A DNA stretch of 64,000 nt from Hyphomicrobium sp. 12-62-95 (GCA_002279935.1 NCCZ01000008.1:85998-149997), one strand, 5' to 3'. Numbered from the stretch's first letter, positions 28,051-37,631 are shown. The notes: a model not told the origin generated them from the letters alone. Numbers and translations are program-made.

Positions 28051-28755
28051 ATGCGAATGACGGTCTGGGCGGGGGTGATCGGGGCATGCGCGGCGGCGGG
28101 AACGCTTGTCGGCGCAGTTCAGCCGGCCGTGGCGCAGGAGCTCAGCGAAAAGTCGGTTCGCTCGTTCATGGATTATGCGTGGTCGCTGACGCCGCAGCAG
28201 TTCTCCAAGCAGGATGGCACGGTTATCGTCATCGACAAAAAGAAGCGCGATGACGTGATGGTGCCGATGGACGTGGCGCGCGAGGTGATCCGCGTGGGCC
28301 GTCTTTCGGCGCATGCGCAGATTTGCAGCTTGCCCGACCATCAGGTGATCAATCACCGCTCGCTCATGAAGCGTGAGGAAGAGAAGAAGTCGTGGTCGGA
28401 CCAGCAATTGGTCTACATCAACCAGCTGCACCTCACGACCGTGATGCTGCTGACGGGCCGGATCCGGGTCGTTGAGAGCGAAGGCGATAAGGAAGTCGTC
28501 GTCGACGACGGCAAGGCTTCGCAGAAGACCTGCACGGATGAGGAACGCAAAAAGGTGCAGGACACGATCACGGCCTACGTGCAGTCGGGACCCAACTTCA
28601 AGGTCAACGTTGCGCCTGTAGCCGGCGCACCGGCGGGTGGCGCGGCTCCGGCCGCAGCGCCAGCTGCTGCTCCTGCGGCGGCGAAGGCTGCGCCCGCCGC
28701 GGCCGCGGCTCCGGCGGCTACGGGGTCCACGACGGTGGTGCCGAAGTCACAGTGA
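28051..28755 (+). CDS. Secreted hypothetical protein with a Pro/Ala-rich C-terminal tail
   Basis: Signal peptide VWAGVIGACAAAGTLVGAVQPAVA; the C-terminus is a PAAAPAAAPAAAKAAPAAAAAPA repeat. It has its own terminator. Confidence 0.65.
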   Translation: MRMTVWAGVIGACAAAGTLVGAVQPAVAQELSEKSVRSFMDYAWSLTPQQFSKQDGTVIVIDKKKRDDVMVPMDVAREVIRVGRLSAHAQICSLPDHQVINHRSLMKREEEKKSWSDQQLVYINQLHLTTVMLLTGRIRVVESEGDKEVVVDDGKASQKTCTDEERKKVQDTITAYVQSGPNFKVNVAPVAGAPAGGAAPAAAPAAAPAAAKAAPAAAAAPAATGSTTVVPKSQ

Positions 28756-28822
28756 TGGGCCGGCGTTCGGCCCTCCGCCGCAGTTGACGGGCGGGCCGTT
28801 TCCACATAGGACACAGTCTGCG

Positions 28823-28852
28823 ACGCGGGCCTTCGGGGCCCGCGTTCGTTTT
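28823..28852 (+). terminator. Rho-independent terminator
   Basis: acgcgggcc-ttcgg-ggcccgcgt followed by tcgtttt. Confidence 0.75.
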
Positions 28853-28997
28853 GCGCACCCGCGGTGCCCGGCCGTCACGCCGGGGACCTGTCGGTTTAAG
28901 ACCTTGAAATCAGGGGCTTAGACAGAGGAGGGGGCGCTCCAACCGGACCCAGCGCTGGTCGCGCTGTGTCTGCAACTTCCTAATGGAGTGCTCGACC

Positions 28998-29615
28998 ATG
29001 ACCAAGCGCCATAGCGCTAAGCATAAGATTGACCGCCGCCTGGGTGAAAACATCTGGGGCCGTCCTAAGAGCCCGCTCAACAAGCGCGAGAGCCGTCCTG
29101 GCCAGCATGGCGAGCGCCGCGTCTCGAAGCTGTCGGACTTCGGTCAGCAGCTCAAGGCCAAGCAGAAGCTCCGCGGCTATTACGGCAACATCTCAGAGCG
29201 GCAGTTCCTTCGCCTCTTCAAGGAAGCAACGCGCCTCAAGGGGTCGACGTCGGAACAGCTGATCGGCCTACTCGAGCGCCGTCTCGATGCCGTCGTCTAT
29301 CGCGCCAAGTTCGTGCCGACGGTGTTTGCCGCCCGCCAGTTCGTGAGCCACGGCCATGTGTCGGTGAACGGCCGCCGCGTCACGATCCCGTCCTACCGTC
29401 TGCGCATCGGCGATGTGGTTGAGGTCAAGGAAGCCTCGCGCCAGTTGCCGCTGTTGCTCGAAGCCATCAAGAGCTCCGAGCGCGATGTGCCCGATTACGT
29501 CGATACCGATCACTCGAAGATGACCGCCAAGCTGGCGCGCATTCCGGGTCTGGCGGACGTGCCGTATCCGGTCGTGATGGAACCGAACCTCGTGGTCGAG
29601 TTCTACTCGCGCTAA
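28998..29615 (+). CDS. rpsD: 30S ribosomal protein S4
   Basis: [26 protein letters not shown]...; canonical S4. I chose the start at the second in-frame ATG. Confidence 0.95.
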   Translation: MTKRHSAKHKIDRRLGENIWGRPKSPLNKRESRPGQHGERRVSKLSDFGQQLKAKQKLRGYYGNISERQFLRLFKEATRLKGSTSEQLIGLLERRLDAVVYRAKFVPTVFAARQFVSHGHVSVNGRRVTIPSYRLRIGDVVEVKEASRQLPLLLEAIKSSERDVPDYVDTDHSKMTAKLARIPGLADVPYPVVMEPNLVVEFYSR

Positions 29616-29640
29616 ACGGCTTCGATTTGCGATTTGGAAG

Positions 29641-29667
29641 CGGCCGGGCCCATCGCCCGGCCGTTTT
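29641..29667 (+). terminator. rpsD rho-independent terminator
   Basis: cggccggg-cccatcg-cccggccg followed by tttt. Confidence 0.8.
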
Positions 29668-29687
29668 CGTATGGAGGGATGGACCGG

Positions 29688-30020
29688 ATGCAAAACCCCA
29701 TTTGGCTCGCTGCCGGCGGCGTGCTGGTGCTGCTCGGTCTTCTTTTGATGCGCTGGGCGTCGCGCTACGATGCGGCGGGCATCGCGGTGGATGCGGCGTG
29801 GCGCATGGCGAGGACGGGGAGCACGACGGGCGCGCGGGACGAATTGGGACGCGTGGTCGACGAGCAGTTAGCTGATATCCGCGCGGATGCGGCGCGGATG
29901 GGGCATGCGCGGACGGCGGTGAAGCACGGAGCGCGGTTTTTCATTGCCCGCTTCGTCAATATCGTGGGGCTTATCGTCATCGTGTTGGGGCTGGCCGCGA
30001 TCGCGGCAGCGTTCTTCTGA
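29688..30020 (+). CDS. Small hypothetical 2-TM membrane protein
   Basis: I chose ATG 29688, which lies downstream of the rpsD terminator and 9 nt after ggaggg. TM segments are IWLAAGGVLVLLGLLLM and IVGLIVIVLGLAAIAAAFF. Confidence 0.55.
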   Translation: MQNPIWLAAGGVLVLLGLLLMRWASRYDAAGIAVDAAWRMARTGSTTGARDELGRVVDEQLADIRADAARMGHARTAVKHGARFFIARFVNIVGLIVIVLGLAAIAAAFF

Positions 30021-30032
30021 GTTTAGCCTACC

Positions 30033-31127
30033 TCAAGTCCGCCAGCGGCGCGCGGGGTGCGTGGAGAGGGCCACGGGTTCGCCGGCGATCGGCTGAGGCT
30101 CGGGTGGAGAGCCGGGGTGCATCGGCAGGGTGCCAGGATTGCCGCCCGCCCGGCGGGCTGGCTCCGTATTGGCCCAGCCGTAAGCGAGCATGGTGATCAA
30201 CGCGCTGGCGGCGAAGAAATAGACGCCGGGCAGCACGCGGGCTTCGGTGTAGCCGGACGAGTTCACATAGAAAATCATCAGCGCCAGCACCATGACGTCG
30301 GTCATGGAGTAGCGGCCGAGCCATTCCATGGTGGCGATCGACTTCTTGCGGAATTCGGGTGGGATGTCGGGCGAGGCGACGAGGGTGAGCAAGTAAAGTA
30401 GCTTCAGGAACGGAAAGAGGATCGAGAATAGGAACAGCACGACGCACAGGAACACTTCGTCCTGGTCCCAAAGCGCCCAGATGATGGTGCCGATGGAGTG
30501 CTCGTTGGTCCAGACGTAGATGGTGGTGAAGCGGATCGAGGGCAGGATGATGCCCAGCGCGAACGAGACTGTCGCGACGATGATGAGGAACGACAAGACG
30601 AAATTGCGGAACGGAGAGACGCGGCTCGGGGGTTCGGGTTCGGGGAGAGCGGTGGCGGCGATGCCTTCGTTGCGCAGCCACGCATAGGATAAAATCATCA
30701 AGACGACGGCGGCGGTGAAGAAGTAAACGCCGGCTAGGCTGGCGGCGTCGTAGAGACCTTGGGCCTTGATGAAGAAGATCGTCAGCGAGAGCACGAGGAC
30801 ATCGTGCATGGACCATTTGCCGAGCCATTCCAGCGCACGAAGGCGGCGATGCTGGCGGACGAGTTCGGCGGCGGGAAGGGTGGAGATCAAGAGAAGGTAG
30901 AGCAGCTTCAGGACCGGCAATACGATTGAGAAGATAAGGACCGTGAAGCCGAGAAAGACCTGACCATCGCGGATGAGAACTTCGACGGTGGAAAGCAGCG
31001 AGTGTTCGGTGGACCAGAAAACGTATTTGGTGAGCCGGATGATCGGCAGGGAGATGCCCAGCGCCAGACACACGGCGGCGCCGATGATGGCAAAGCTCAA
31101 CAGGAAGCGCCGACCGCCGAGCCGCAT
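30033..31127 (-). CDS. pqiA: Paraquat-inducible protein A (PqiA) family membrane protein with a tandem PqiA repeat
   Basis: The internally duplicated pattern (SLPIIRLTKYVFWSTEHSLLSTV / ILPSIRFTTIYVWTNEHSIGTIIW, each followed by MHDVLVLSL / MTDVMVLAL) is typical of PqiA. The start is set at 31127 because the grxD terminator occupies 31151-31187. Confidence 0.75.
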   Translation of the reverse strand: MRLGGRRFLLSFAIIGAAVCLALGISLPIIRLTKYVFWSTEHSLLSTVEVLIRDGQVFLGFTVLIFSIVLPVLKLLYLLLISTLPAAELVRQHRRLRALEWLGKWSMHDVLVLSLTIFFIKAQGLYDAASLAGVYFFTAAVVLMILSYAWLRNEGIAATALPEPEPPSRVSPFRNFVLSFLIIVATVSFALGIILPSIRFTTIYVWTNEHSIGTIIWALWDQDEVFLCVVLFLFSILFPFLKLLYLLTLVASPDIPPEFRKKSIATMEWLGRYSMTDVMVLALMIFYVNSSGYTEARVLPGVYFFAASALITMLAYGWANTEPARRAGGNPGTLPMHPGSPPEPQPIAGEPVALSTHPARRWRT

Positions 31128-31150
31128 TGTTCCGCCTGCTCTTGTGCCCA

Positions 31151-31187
31151 AAGAAAGCCCCGGCCCGCCGTTGCGGCGTCCGGGGCT
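31151..31187 (-). terminator. grxD rho-independent terminator (minus strand)
   Basis: On the minus strand: agccccggacgccgcaacggcgggccggggct followed by ttctttg. Confidence 0.7.
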
Positions 31188-31225
31188 ATCCTATCGGTCT
31201 CAGTCGTGGCGAAAAGGGGGCTTGA

Positions 31226-31570
31226 TTACCCGTGGTGATGCTGGTGGGCGATGCCCTTCTCGCAGATGAGGTCGTGCAATTCGCCGGCCTCGAACATTTC
31301 GCGCATGATATCGCAGCCGCCAACGAACTCGCCCTTGACGTAGAGCTGGGGGATGGTCGGCCAGTTGGAGAAGCTCTTGATGCCCTCGCGGATGCCCTGA
31401 TCATCGAGCACATTGATGTCCTTGAAGGGGACGCCGAGGTGCTGAAGGATTTTGGTGGCGGTGGCGGAGAAGCCGCACTGGGGGAAACGCGCGTTGCCCT
31501 TCATGAAGAGCACGACGTCGTTGCTATCGATGGTTTCCTTGATCCAGGCGTGAATGTCTTTGTCGCTCAT
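31226..31570 (-). CDS. grxD: Monothiol glutaredoxin (Grx4/GrxD, CGFS type)
   Basis: VVLFMKGNARFPQCGFS active-site motif and WPTIPQLYVKGEFVGGCDI. Confidence 0.95.
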   Translation of the reverse strand: MSDKDIHAWIKETIDSNDVVLFMKGNARFPQCGFSATATKILQHLGVPFKDINVLDDQGIREGIKSFSNWPTIPQLYVKGEFVGGCDIMREMFEAGELHDLICEKGIAHQHHHG

Positions 31571-31690
31571 CGTGAGATCTCCTGACGGGGCCGGATGGAG
31601 CTTCCTGACCGGTCTTTGCGGTTAGATGGGGGGCAGCATGATGGAAAGTCAATGGCGCGGTGTGGCGGCCGTTAGGCTGCCGAGGCGGCG

Positions 31691-31927
31691 CTATTCCGGC
31701 GGGGCGGCGGTCGTCAGCTGCAGGGCGTGGAGCACGTTGCCCATCTGGCCGCCGAAGGCATCGTAAACCAACTGGTGCTGGCGGACGCGCGGGAGCCCCT
31801 TAAAGGCGGCTGAGACCACGTGGGCGGCCCAATGGTCATTGTCACCGGCGAGATCGGTCAGACGCACCTCGGCGTCGGGCAGCTTGGCTTTGATCCGGCG
31901 TTCGATCTCGGCAGCGGACATGGGCAT
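31691..31927 (-). CDS. BolA-family protein
   Basis: A 78-aa product with a BolA-like pattern (H..V.S..F.G...V.RH..V...L......HAL.L.T). It sits immediately upstream of grxD, as is usual. Confidence 0.85.
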   Translation of the reverse strand: MPMSAAEIERRIKAKLPDAEVRLTDLAGDNDHWAAHVVSAAFKGLPRVRQHQLVYDAFGGQMGNVLHALQLTTAAPPE

Positions 31928-32117
31928 GTGACAATCCTTCTCGTTCTGGCCTTCACGTTCGGGCCTTCTCGCTCGGGCGTGCTCTCGCTCTGGCGAGCGC
32001 TATGCACGCTCACCCCCAGAGTTTCAAGGGGTTGCGATTGGAAAACGGCGGCACATGTAGCGGTGATGGCGGGCCAATGGGTGGAACCGCAGGACCCGGA
32101 CTAGCGTTCAGCCCGTT

Positions 32118-33065
32118 ATGAAAATCCATGTCGTTGTGAACAAGCGCGCTGGGACGGTGCTCGATTGGGAGAGTGGGCCGTTACAGCAGGAAATTTTGGC
32201 CGCCTTCCGGGCGCAAGGGCATGAGGTGACTTTGCATCTCATCTCGCCCGACGACTTGGTGCCCACCATCGATCGCGCCTTGGAGCAGGGCTGTCAGGCT
32301 TTGATCATCGGCGGTGGCGATGGGACCGTGCGGACGGGCGCCATCAAGCTGATGGGCACGGATGTGCCGCTCGGCATCCTGCCGCTCGGTACGCTGAACC
32401 GGTTGGCGCGGGACTTAAAGATTCCCTTAGAGGTGCATGCGGCCGCGGCAGCCTTGGCGAACGCTCGGGTGGAGGCCATCGACGTGGGGGAGGTCAACGG
32501 GCGCATTTTTCTCAACAATTCTCTGTTGGGACTGACGGTGATTTATTCGCAGTACCGGCAGGCGGTGCGCGGGCGGCCAATCATGGAGCGCATGCGCGGG
32601 TATGGGACGGCGGTCAAAGAAATTCTCAAGAGCCGGCGGCGGATGGATGTCGACATCGATCACGGGCAGTCGCGGATGCGGGTCCGAGTCTTGTCGATGG
32701 CGGTGTCGAACAACCGCTACCAGGAGAACGCGAGCCTGATGCTGCAGAAGGAGACGCTGAGCGACGGTGTGCTGGCAGCCTATATTTCGCAGCACCCGTC
32801 GGGATGGGCGTTGGCGCGGGCGATCGTCCGGGCCATGCTCGGGCGGTTTAAATCCGATCCCAATATCGTGCACATTGAAGCGCGTGAGATCGATGTGTCC
32901 GCGCGCCGGTCGCGGTTGCGGCTTTCCAACGATGGGGAGTTGGACATCGTTGAGATGCCGCTGCGGTATAAGATTCGCCCTCGGGCTCTGAAGGTTCTCG
33001 TTCCCGTCACGGAAAGTCCAGCCGATGCTCAACGATCCAACGACGCCGTCCTTGCCCGTTCATAA
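32118..33065 (+). CDS. Diacylglycerol-kinase-catalytic-domain lipid kinase (YegS/BmrU-like)
   Basis: The ALIIGGGDGTVR (GGDGT) motif and PLGILPLGTLNRLARDL. Confidence 0.8.
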   Translation: MKIHVVVNKRAGTVLDWESGPLQQEILAAFRAQGHEVTLHLISPDDLVPTIDRALEQGCQALIIGGGDGTVRTGAIKLMGTDVPLGILPLGTLNRLARDLKIPLEVHAAAAALANARVEAIDVGEVNGRIFLNNSLLGLTVIYSQYRQAVRGRPIMERMRGYGTAVKEILKSRRRMDVDIDHGQSRMRVRVLSMAVSNNRYQENASLMLQKETLSDGVLAAYISQHPSGWALARAIVRAMLGRFKSDPNIVHIEAREIDVSARRSRLRLSNDGELDIVEMPLRYKIRPRALKVLVPVTESPADAQRSNDAVLARS

Positions 33066-33762
33066 GTCTGCGCACCAAGGCCGCGAGCGGTGGCCGGTGG
33101 AAGCGGAGGTGCTGCTTGGCCTCGGTGGCGCGGCGGCGGGTGTTTTCGCATTCCTGCTGATCGCGGGGATGGTCATGAATGGCGGCTTTCGCGGGGCCGA
33201 CGAAGCGCTGCTGTTGTGGTTGCGCAATCCAGCCGATTTGTCCGATCCTTTGGGGCCGGTGTGGTTCGAGGAGGTTGTGCGGGATTTGACCGCGCTCGGC
33301 TCGACATCGGTTTTGACGCTGATCGTGATCGCGGTGTCGGGGTTTCTTTATCTATCCAACCGGCCACACAAAGCGATTGCCGTGTTGGGTTGGACCGCGG
33401 CGGGCGCGCTGCTCAGCACGTTTGCGAAACTAGGCTTTGCCAGACCGCGGCCGGATCTCGTGCCGCATGGGGCGGAGGTCTTTACACACTCATTTCCCAG
33501 TGGTCATGCACTGTCGTCGGCGGTGATTTTCTTGACGTTGGGCGCGATGATCGCACTCGTTCAGGACAGCCGCCGGATCAAGTTGTTCGTGTTGGCCTTT
33601 GCGGTTCTTCTCACTCTGCTTGTCGGCATGAGCCGGGTTTATCTGGGCGTGCATTGGCCGTCCGACGTTCTGGCCGGCTGGGCTTTGGGGGCTGCGTGGG
33701 CAACGCTGGGCTGGCTCGTGTTTCGCGCCTTGGAGCGCGGGGCGACCGGCGCGCGTCAGTGA
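33025..33762 (+). CDS. PAP2-family membrane phosphatase
   Basis: The PAP2 motifs KLGFARPRP...PSGH...SRVYLGVHWPSDV. The ORF overlaps the kinase gene by 41 nt. Confidence 0.85.
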   Translation: MLNDPTTPSLPVHKSAHQGRERWPVEAEVLLGLGGAAAGVFAFLLIAGMVMNGGFRGADEALLLWLRNPADLSDPLGPVWFEEVVRDLTALGSTSVLTLIVIAVSGFLYLSNRPHKAIAVLGWTAAGALLSTFAKLGFARPRPDLVPHGAEVFTHSFPSGHALSSAVIFLTLGAMIALVQDSRRIKLFVLAFAVLLTLLVGMSRVYLGVHWPSDVLAGWALGAAWATLGWLVFRALERGATGARQ

Positions 33763-34988
33763 CCTCCGCTCAAAACCAGGACCTTCACCGGCATCTGCAA
33801 GGCTTGTGAGCGCAGGATTGCTGCATGCACGACGCCGACCGTGTCGATGGCATGCAGGGCAAGGCGCTTCAAGAAGCTGGGTTCGGTTTCGATGCGGTCG
33901 TGGTTGCTGGAATAGGCATTCACGATGCAGCTGGAGCCGGGCGTGACGTCGTTCAGGCCGCCTTCGTAGAGCGGTTCGAGATAGACGGTGATGGAGCCCG
34001 GAGCACGCGCCTGCTGGAGGTCGACGAGTTGTTCGCCGGCGCGGAATTGGCCGGATGCGATGACGTCCTGCACGTCGACGACGACGAGGGGAATGATCGA
34101 GAGCGGTTTCGACATGCAAGTCGCTTCGGCGGCCATGCCGACTTTCATGATTTGCGCTTCGATCTGACCGAAGCCGGCGTGGAGCTGGCGGCGGCCGATG
34201 CGTTTTGGAATGATGATACCCGCGGGGCGCATGATCGAACTGACGAAATCGCCGGGCTTCAAAACGAATTGTTCCACACGGCCGTCGACGCCTGAGTAGA
34301 TGACTGTCTTGTCGAGGTCCACCTGTGCCTGATCGAGGGCGGCTTTGGCGCTTTCTTTTTGTGCCGGCAGCAGGGTTGAGATTTTGGTTTCAGCGGCTTG
34401 GAGGCCCGCTTTGGCGGCAGCAAGCTGGCCTTCGCGGGCTTGGACAGTGACCTGGAGCTTTTCCAGCTCCCGGGTGGCGACGACGCCGGCATTGCGCTGG
34501 GCAAGTTCTTGCTTGGTGCGCAGATCGTCGAGGGCTTGCTGCAGAGCGCCTTGTGCTTCCTTGATCTGACCGTTCGCGGCCGCGATGTCGGCCTTGGCCA
34601 TTTCCATCTGGGCATCGATTTCGTCGACGCGGCGCTTGGCTGTTTCGAGGGCTGCTTCCTGCTTGGCGCTGTCGAGCTTGAAAAGCTTCTGGCCCTGCGT
34701 CACTTCACCGGTGACGGGGACGAACACCTCTTCGACCCGGCCCGGCGTTTCGGGGAGGATCGGGATGGTGCGGTAGAACATGAGCGCGTTCGATGTGGAG
34801 GGGTGGTTATAGAAGATGATCGTGATGAGCAGGACGGTCAGCAGAATGCAGCCGGTGATACCCCAGCGCAGTTCGTACCAGACCGAATAGAGCGTGATTT
34901 CGTGGCCGAAGCGTTTGCCTTGATAGTAGTGGCGGTAGAGATAGTCGGGCAGGATCGTGAACAGGGAACAGATGAGAATTTCCAGCAT
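33756..34988 (-). CDS. HlyD-family membrane-fusion-like protein (YiaV/YibH-like)
   Basis: N-terminal TM helices, a long coiled-coil (AKQEAALETAKRRVDEIDAQMEMAKADIAAANGQIKEAQ...) and barrel motifs such as VIYSGVDGRVEQFVLKPGDFV. Confidence 0.8.
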   Translation of the reverse strand: MLEILICSLFTILPDYLYRHYYQGKRFGHEITLYSVWYELRWGITGCILLTVLLITIIFYNHPSTSNALMFYRTIPILPETPGRVEEVFVPVTGEVTQGQKLFKLDSAKQEAALETAKRRVDEIDAQMEMAKADIAAANGQIKEAQGALQQALDDLRTKQELAQRNAGVVATRELEKLQVTVQAREGQLAAAKAGLQAAETKISTLLPAQKESAKAALDQAQVDLDKTVIYSGVDGRVEQFVLKPGDFVSSIMRPAGIIIPKRIGRRQLHAGFGQIEAQIMKVGMAAEATCMSKPLSIIPLVVVDVQDVIASGQFRAGEQLVDLQQARAPGSITVYLEPLYEGGLNDVTPGSSCIVNAYSSNHDRIETEPSFLKRLALHAIDTVGVVHAAILRSQALQMPVKVLVLSGGH

Positions 34989-34991
34989 GGC

Positions 34992-35447
34992 TCAGGCTCC
35001 CGTCGACGGTGTGGCGGCGGGTGCGAGGACGGTCGTGGGCGGTTCGGGTGCTGCTTTTGGCGGGGCGGCGTGGTCGTCGCCAGGATCGGCGGGCGTATCG
35101 TCGGCCGGAGGGATGCCGGTCAGTTTTTCCAGAGCGGCGGCCATACGTTTCAAAGGTGAGATGAAATCGGGCAGATCGATGAGGGCGAGGAGGAGCGCTG
35201 CGACCCAGAAAGCGTGAATGTGGGTGAACAGCGAGAGGAGGCCGAGCACGGCGACGATCTCGAACTGCAGTTTTTTGTGCCCCATGCGTTCGGGCAGCGA
35301 ATGCAGCGTGAAGAACAGGACGCCGAGGCCGATGACGCCCGCTAGGACAATCAGGGTGACGAGGACGTACAGAGGGTCCCCCTCGGTGGGCCCACTTATG
35401 AACGATGGCAGATGATGCGGCGCCATCGGATGTAGGCCGTCGGTCAT
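34992..35447 (-). CDS. Small inner-membrane protein, DUF3302 (YiaW/YibI-like)
   Basis: I chose ATG 35447, which has ggggg upstream. The two TM helices and HSLPERMGHKK motif resemble E. coli YiaW/YibI. It lies 3 nt upstream of the HlyD-like gene, matching the yiaW-yiaV arrangement. Confidence 0.6.
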   Translation of the reverse strand: MTDGLHPMAPHHLPSFISGPTEGDPLYVLVTLIVLAGVIGLGVLFFTLHSLPERMGHKKLQFEIVAVLGLLSLFTHIHAFWVAALLLALIDLPDFISPLKRMAAALEKLTGIPPADDTPADPGDDHAAPPKAAPEPPTTVLAPAATPSTGA

Positions 35448-35639
35448 AGCAAGCCCCCGGATCAAAAATTCATTGGCGAAGAATTGGAAACAAACCGCCC
35501 CTTGATGGGGTAGCATCATGGAAGTCTGCGCTACGTCAAGGGTACTGCTGACGAATTGGACGGCCATTGTTGCGGTCATCCTTTCGCAAGGGTGGATGCA
35601 GGTTCCATTCGGGTGCGCCTGGCAAGCGATCGAGGCCAA

Positions 35640-36077
35640 ATGATTAACAAGACTTGGCGCGCGGTGATTTTGGCGGCTGCGGGTCTCAGCGCGGGACCTT
35701 TGCAGGCCGCGGGCGCGGCCGAGCGCCCGCTGAACTTCGTCCAGGCCGTGCCCCGGCCTTTCGATAGCCGTCCTGCCAATGGGCCACCGACTCCGGCCCC
35801 GCGGTCGTTCGGCGGCGATACGACGGTGTTGCCCCGGGTGCCATATGACAACCGGATTGACCGGTCGCGGCGGTATGTTCCTGATCGCCAGTTGCGGCGC
35901 TCACCGGACAGTTCCCGGGTCGTGCCGAAGGCGCCGGGGGCGGGCGGCGATCCGGCGCGTTTCTTTGATAAGCCGGCAGAGAACACGATCAGTTGCGAGC
36001 AGTTGCGGCGGCTCGCCGTTCGGACTGGCCGGCTCTACTGGTCGAACCGGTATCAGCGCTGCATCGGCGCGGACTAA
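35640..36077 (+). CDS. Secreted hypothetical protein
   Basis: From ATG 35640: signal peptide MINKTWRAVILAAAGLSAGPLQAAGA, a Pro/Arg-rich middle and two C-terminal Cys residues. Confidence 0.5.
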   Translation: MINKTWRAVILAAAGLSAGPLQAAGAAERPLNFVQAVPRPFDSRPANGPPTPAPRSFGGDTTVLPRVPYDNRIDRSRRYVPDRQLRRSPDSSRVVPKAPGAGGDPARFFDKPAENTISCEQLRRLAVRTGRLYWSNRYQRCIGAD

Positions 36078-36078
36078 G

Positions 36079-37125
36079 TCAGCTATAAATGTAGGTGACG
36101 AAGAAGATGAGATCGGCCGAGACCGCGTTGTGTGGCGGGAACGGGAAGCTTGACTGTTTGGTGGCGAAAACGACGCTCTGGTCGAGGCCGGCGATGTTGG
36201 ACGGTCTGAGAACCGTGGTGCGGACGAGGTTGCCCTTCATATCGAGTTCGATGCGGACGGTGACGCGGCCGAAGGTGTTGCGGAGTTGCGGCATGGTCGT
36301 TTGCAGGGCGCGGATGACGCCGCGCGCGAAGTCGTCGTTCTCTCCCGACCGCGTGATCCCAGCGGGGCGCTGAAGGCCTGCTCCGCCACCGCCGACGGGG
36401 GCTTGAAACACGGCCGGCGGCGTGAGGTCGAGTTTGGCGGTCTCCGTCTTCTTCGGTGCGGGCTTCTGCGGAGCTGGCGTCTTCGGCTTGGCTTCGGCGG
36501 GCTTTTCGGCCTGCTTCTTCAATTGCGCGGGATCGGGCAATTCAAGAAGCTTGGCCGTGTCGTCGGTCAATTCGGCCGTTTTGGCGGGTGTTTCGGCGGG
36601 CTTTTGCTGCTCGGTCTTTTCCTGAGAGGGCTTTGGTTCGGCCTGCTTTGGGGCTTCCTCGATAACCTCGTCGGGCAGCGTGGGGCGCAGCGATGCCTGA
36701 GGCGCCGGTGTCTCGGCGGGCGGTGTTTCTGCGGCAGCGGCCGGTGGCGGTTGGGCAGGGGCCGCGGCGGGCGGTTCGGCCGGCTTGGGTTGTTCGACGG
36801 GAGGTGCCGGGGGAGGTGTATCCTGTTGCGCGGACGGCGATGGGGGTGGGGCTGGCACGCCGGCAGCGGTGTCGGCCACGGTGGCATCGCCGCGGAGATC
36901 TTGTTCGGTGATGATCGAGACGCTGATGGCGTCGTCGGCACCGCCTTCAGCGCCCAGCCGGCGCGGCTCGCCGGTGTTGACCCGCACGAGCAGCAGTGCA
37001 TGCAGCAGAACTGCGATCATGAGAAAACGGAAAAAGCGGCGGTCGTCCGCCGCAGCGATTGTCTGGCTGCCGCCGCTGCCGACGGCGGCAAGTCCGGTCG
37101 CCATGACTGGTACGTCTGTCCCCAT
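36079..37125 (-). CDS. tonB: TonB-family energy transducer
   Basis: N-terminal TM (FFRFLMIAVLLHALLLV), a long Pro-rich spacer (PAPPVEQPKPAEPPAAAP...) and a C-terminal TonB domain. No exbB or exbD is adjacent. Confidence 0.8.
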   Translation of the reverse strand: MGTDVPVMATGLAAVGSGGSQTIAAADDRRFFRFLMIAVLLHALLLVRVNTGEPRRLGAEGGADDAISVSIITEQDLRGDATVADTAAGVPAPPPSPSAQQDTPPPAPPVEQPKPAEPPAAAPAQPPPAAAAETPPAETPAPQASLRPTLPDEVIEEAPKQAEPKPSQEKTEQQKPAETPAKTAELTDDTAKLLELPDPAQLKKQAEKPAEAKPKTPAPQKPAPKKTETAKLDLTPPAVFQAPVGGGGAGLQRPAGITRSGENDDFARGVIRALQTTMPQLRNTFGRVTVRIELDMKGNLVRTTVLRPSNIAGLDQSVVFATKQSSFPFPPHNAVSADLIFFVTYIYS

Positions 37126-37436
37126 CGGTATGATTTAGCGCGATTTGCTGCGCTGCGGAACGCTCGTGCTGGCAGCAGCGGGTCGCCTTATTGCTTTGCT
37201 GGTGCGGGTCGTCTCAGGTTGCGCTGGGCGGTTGCCGGGTGTGACATTTCAAGGCGAAATTCCGTGGGGCGCATTTGCCCGGTTGACGTGACGAGTCTCC
37301 CTAATTTCAACCATAAGTATTTAAGCGAAACAATTTCTCTATCTTCGATGTTATTCGTGGATACTATCCATGTCTGAATGAGCCCGGGGTCGTGTCTTGG
37401 GCGTTCAATCACCCTCCAGTTTTCAGCGGAGACGGC

Positions 37437-37631
37437 GTGCAGTTTTTTGCGCAACACGGGTGGCTTGCCGTGGTCGCCCTAGCGGTTGCGACCGCTTACG
37501 CGGCGTGGCTCGGCTATCGGATCTACATGGCCTTTGGATCGTGTCCACAGTGCGCACATCGCCTGAACCGCGCGGTCGACATTTGTGACAGGTGTGGATG
37601 CTGCCGGCATGAACACGTGCGGCGGCGTTAG
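37437..37631 (+). CDS. Small hypothetical protein: one TM plus a Cys-rich tail (CPQC-N10-CDRCGCC)
   Basis: GTG 37437 lies 4 nt after ggaga; the ORF-track alternative GTG is at 37392. TM is WLAVVALAVATAYAAWLGY. GC3 is ~67% by hand count, only moderately coding-like. Confidence 0.4.
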   Translation: MQFFAQHGWLAVVALAVATAYAAWLGYRIYMAFGSCPQCAHRLNRAVDICDRCGCCRHEHVRRR

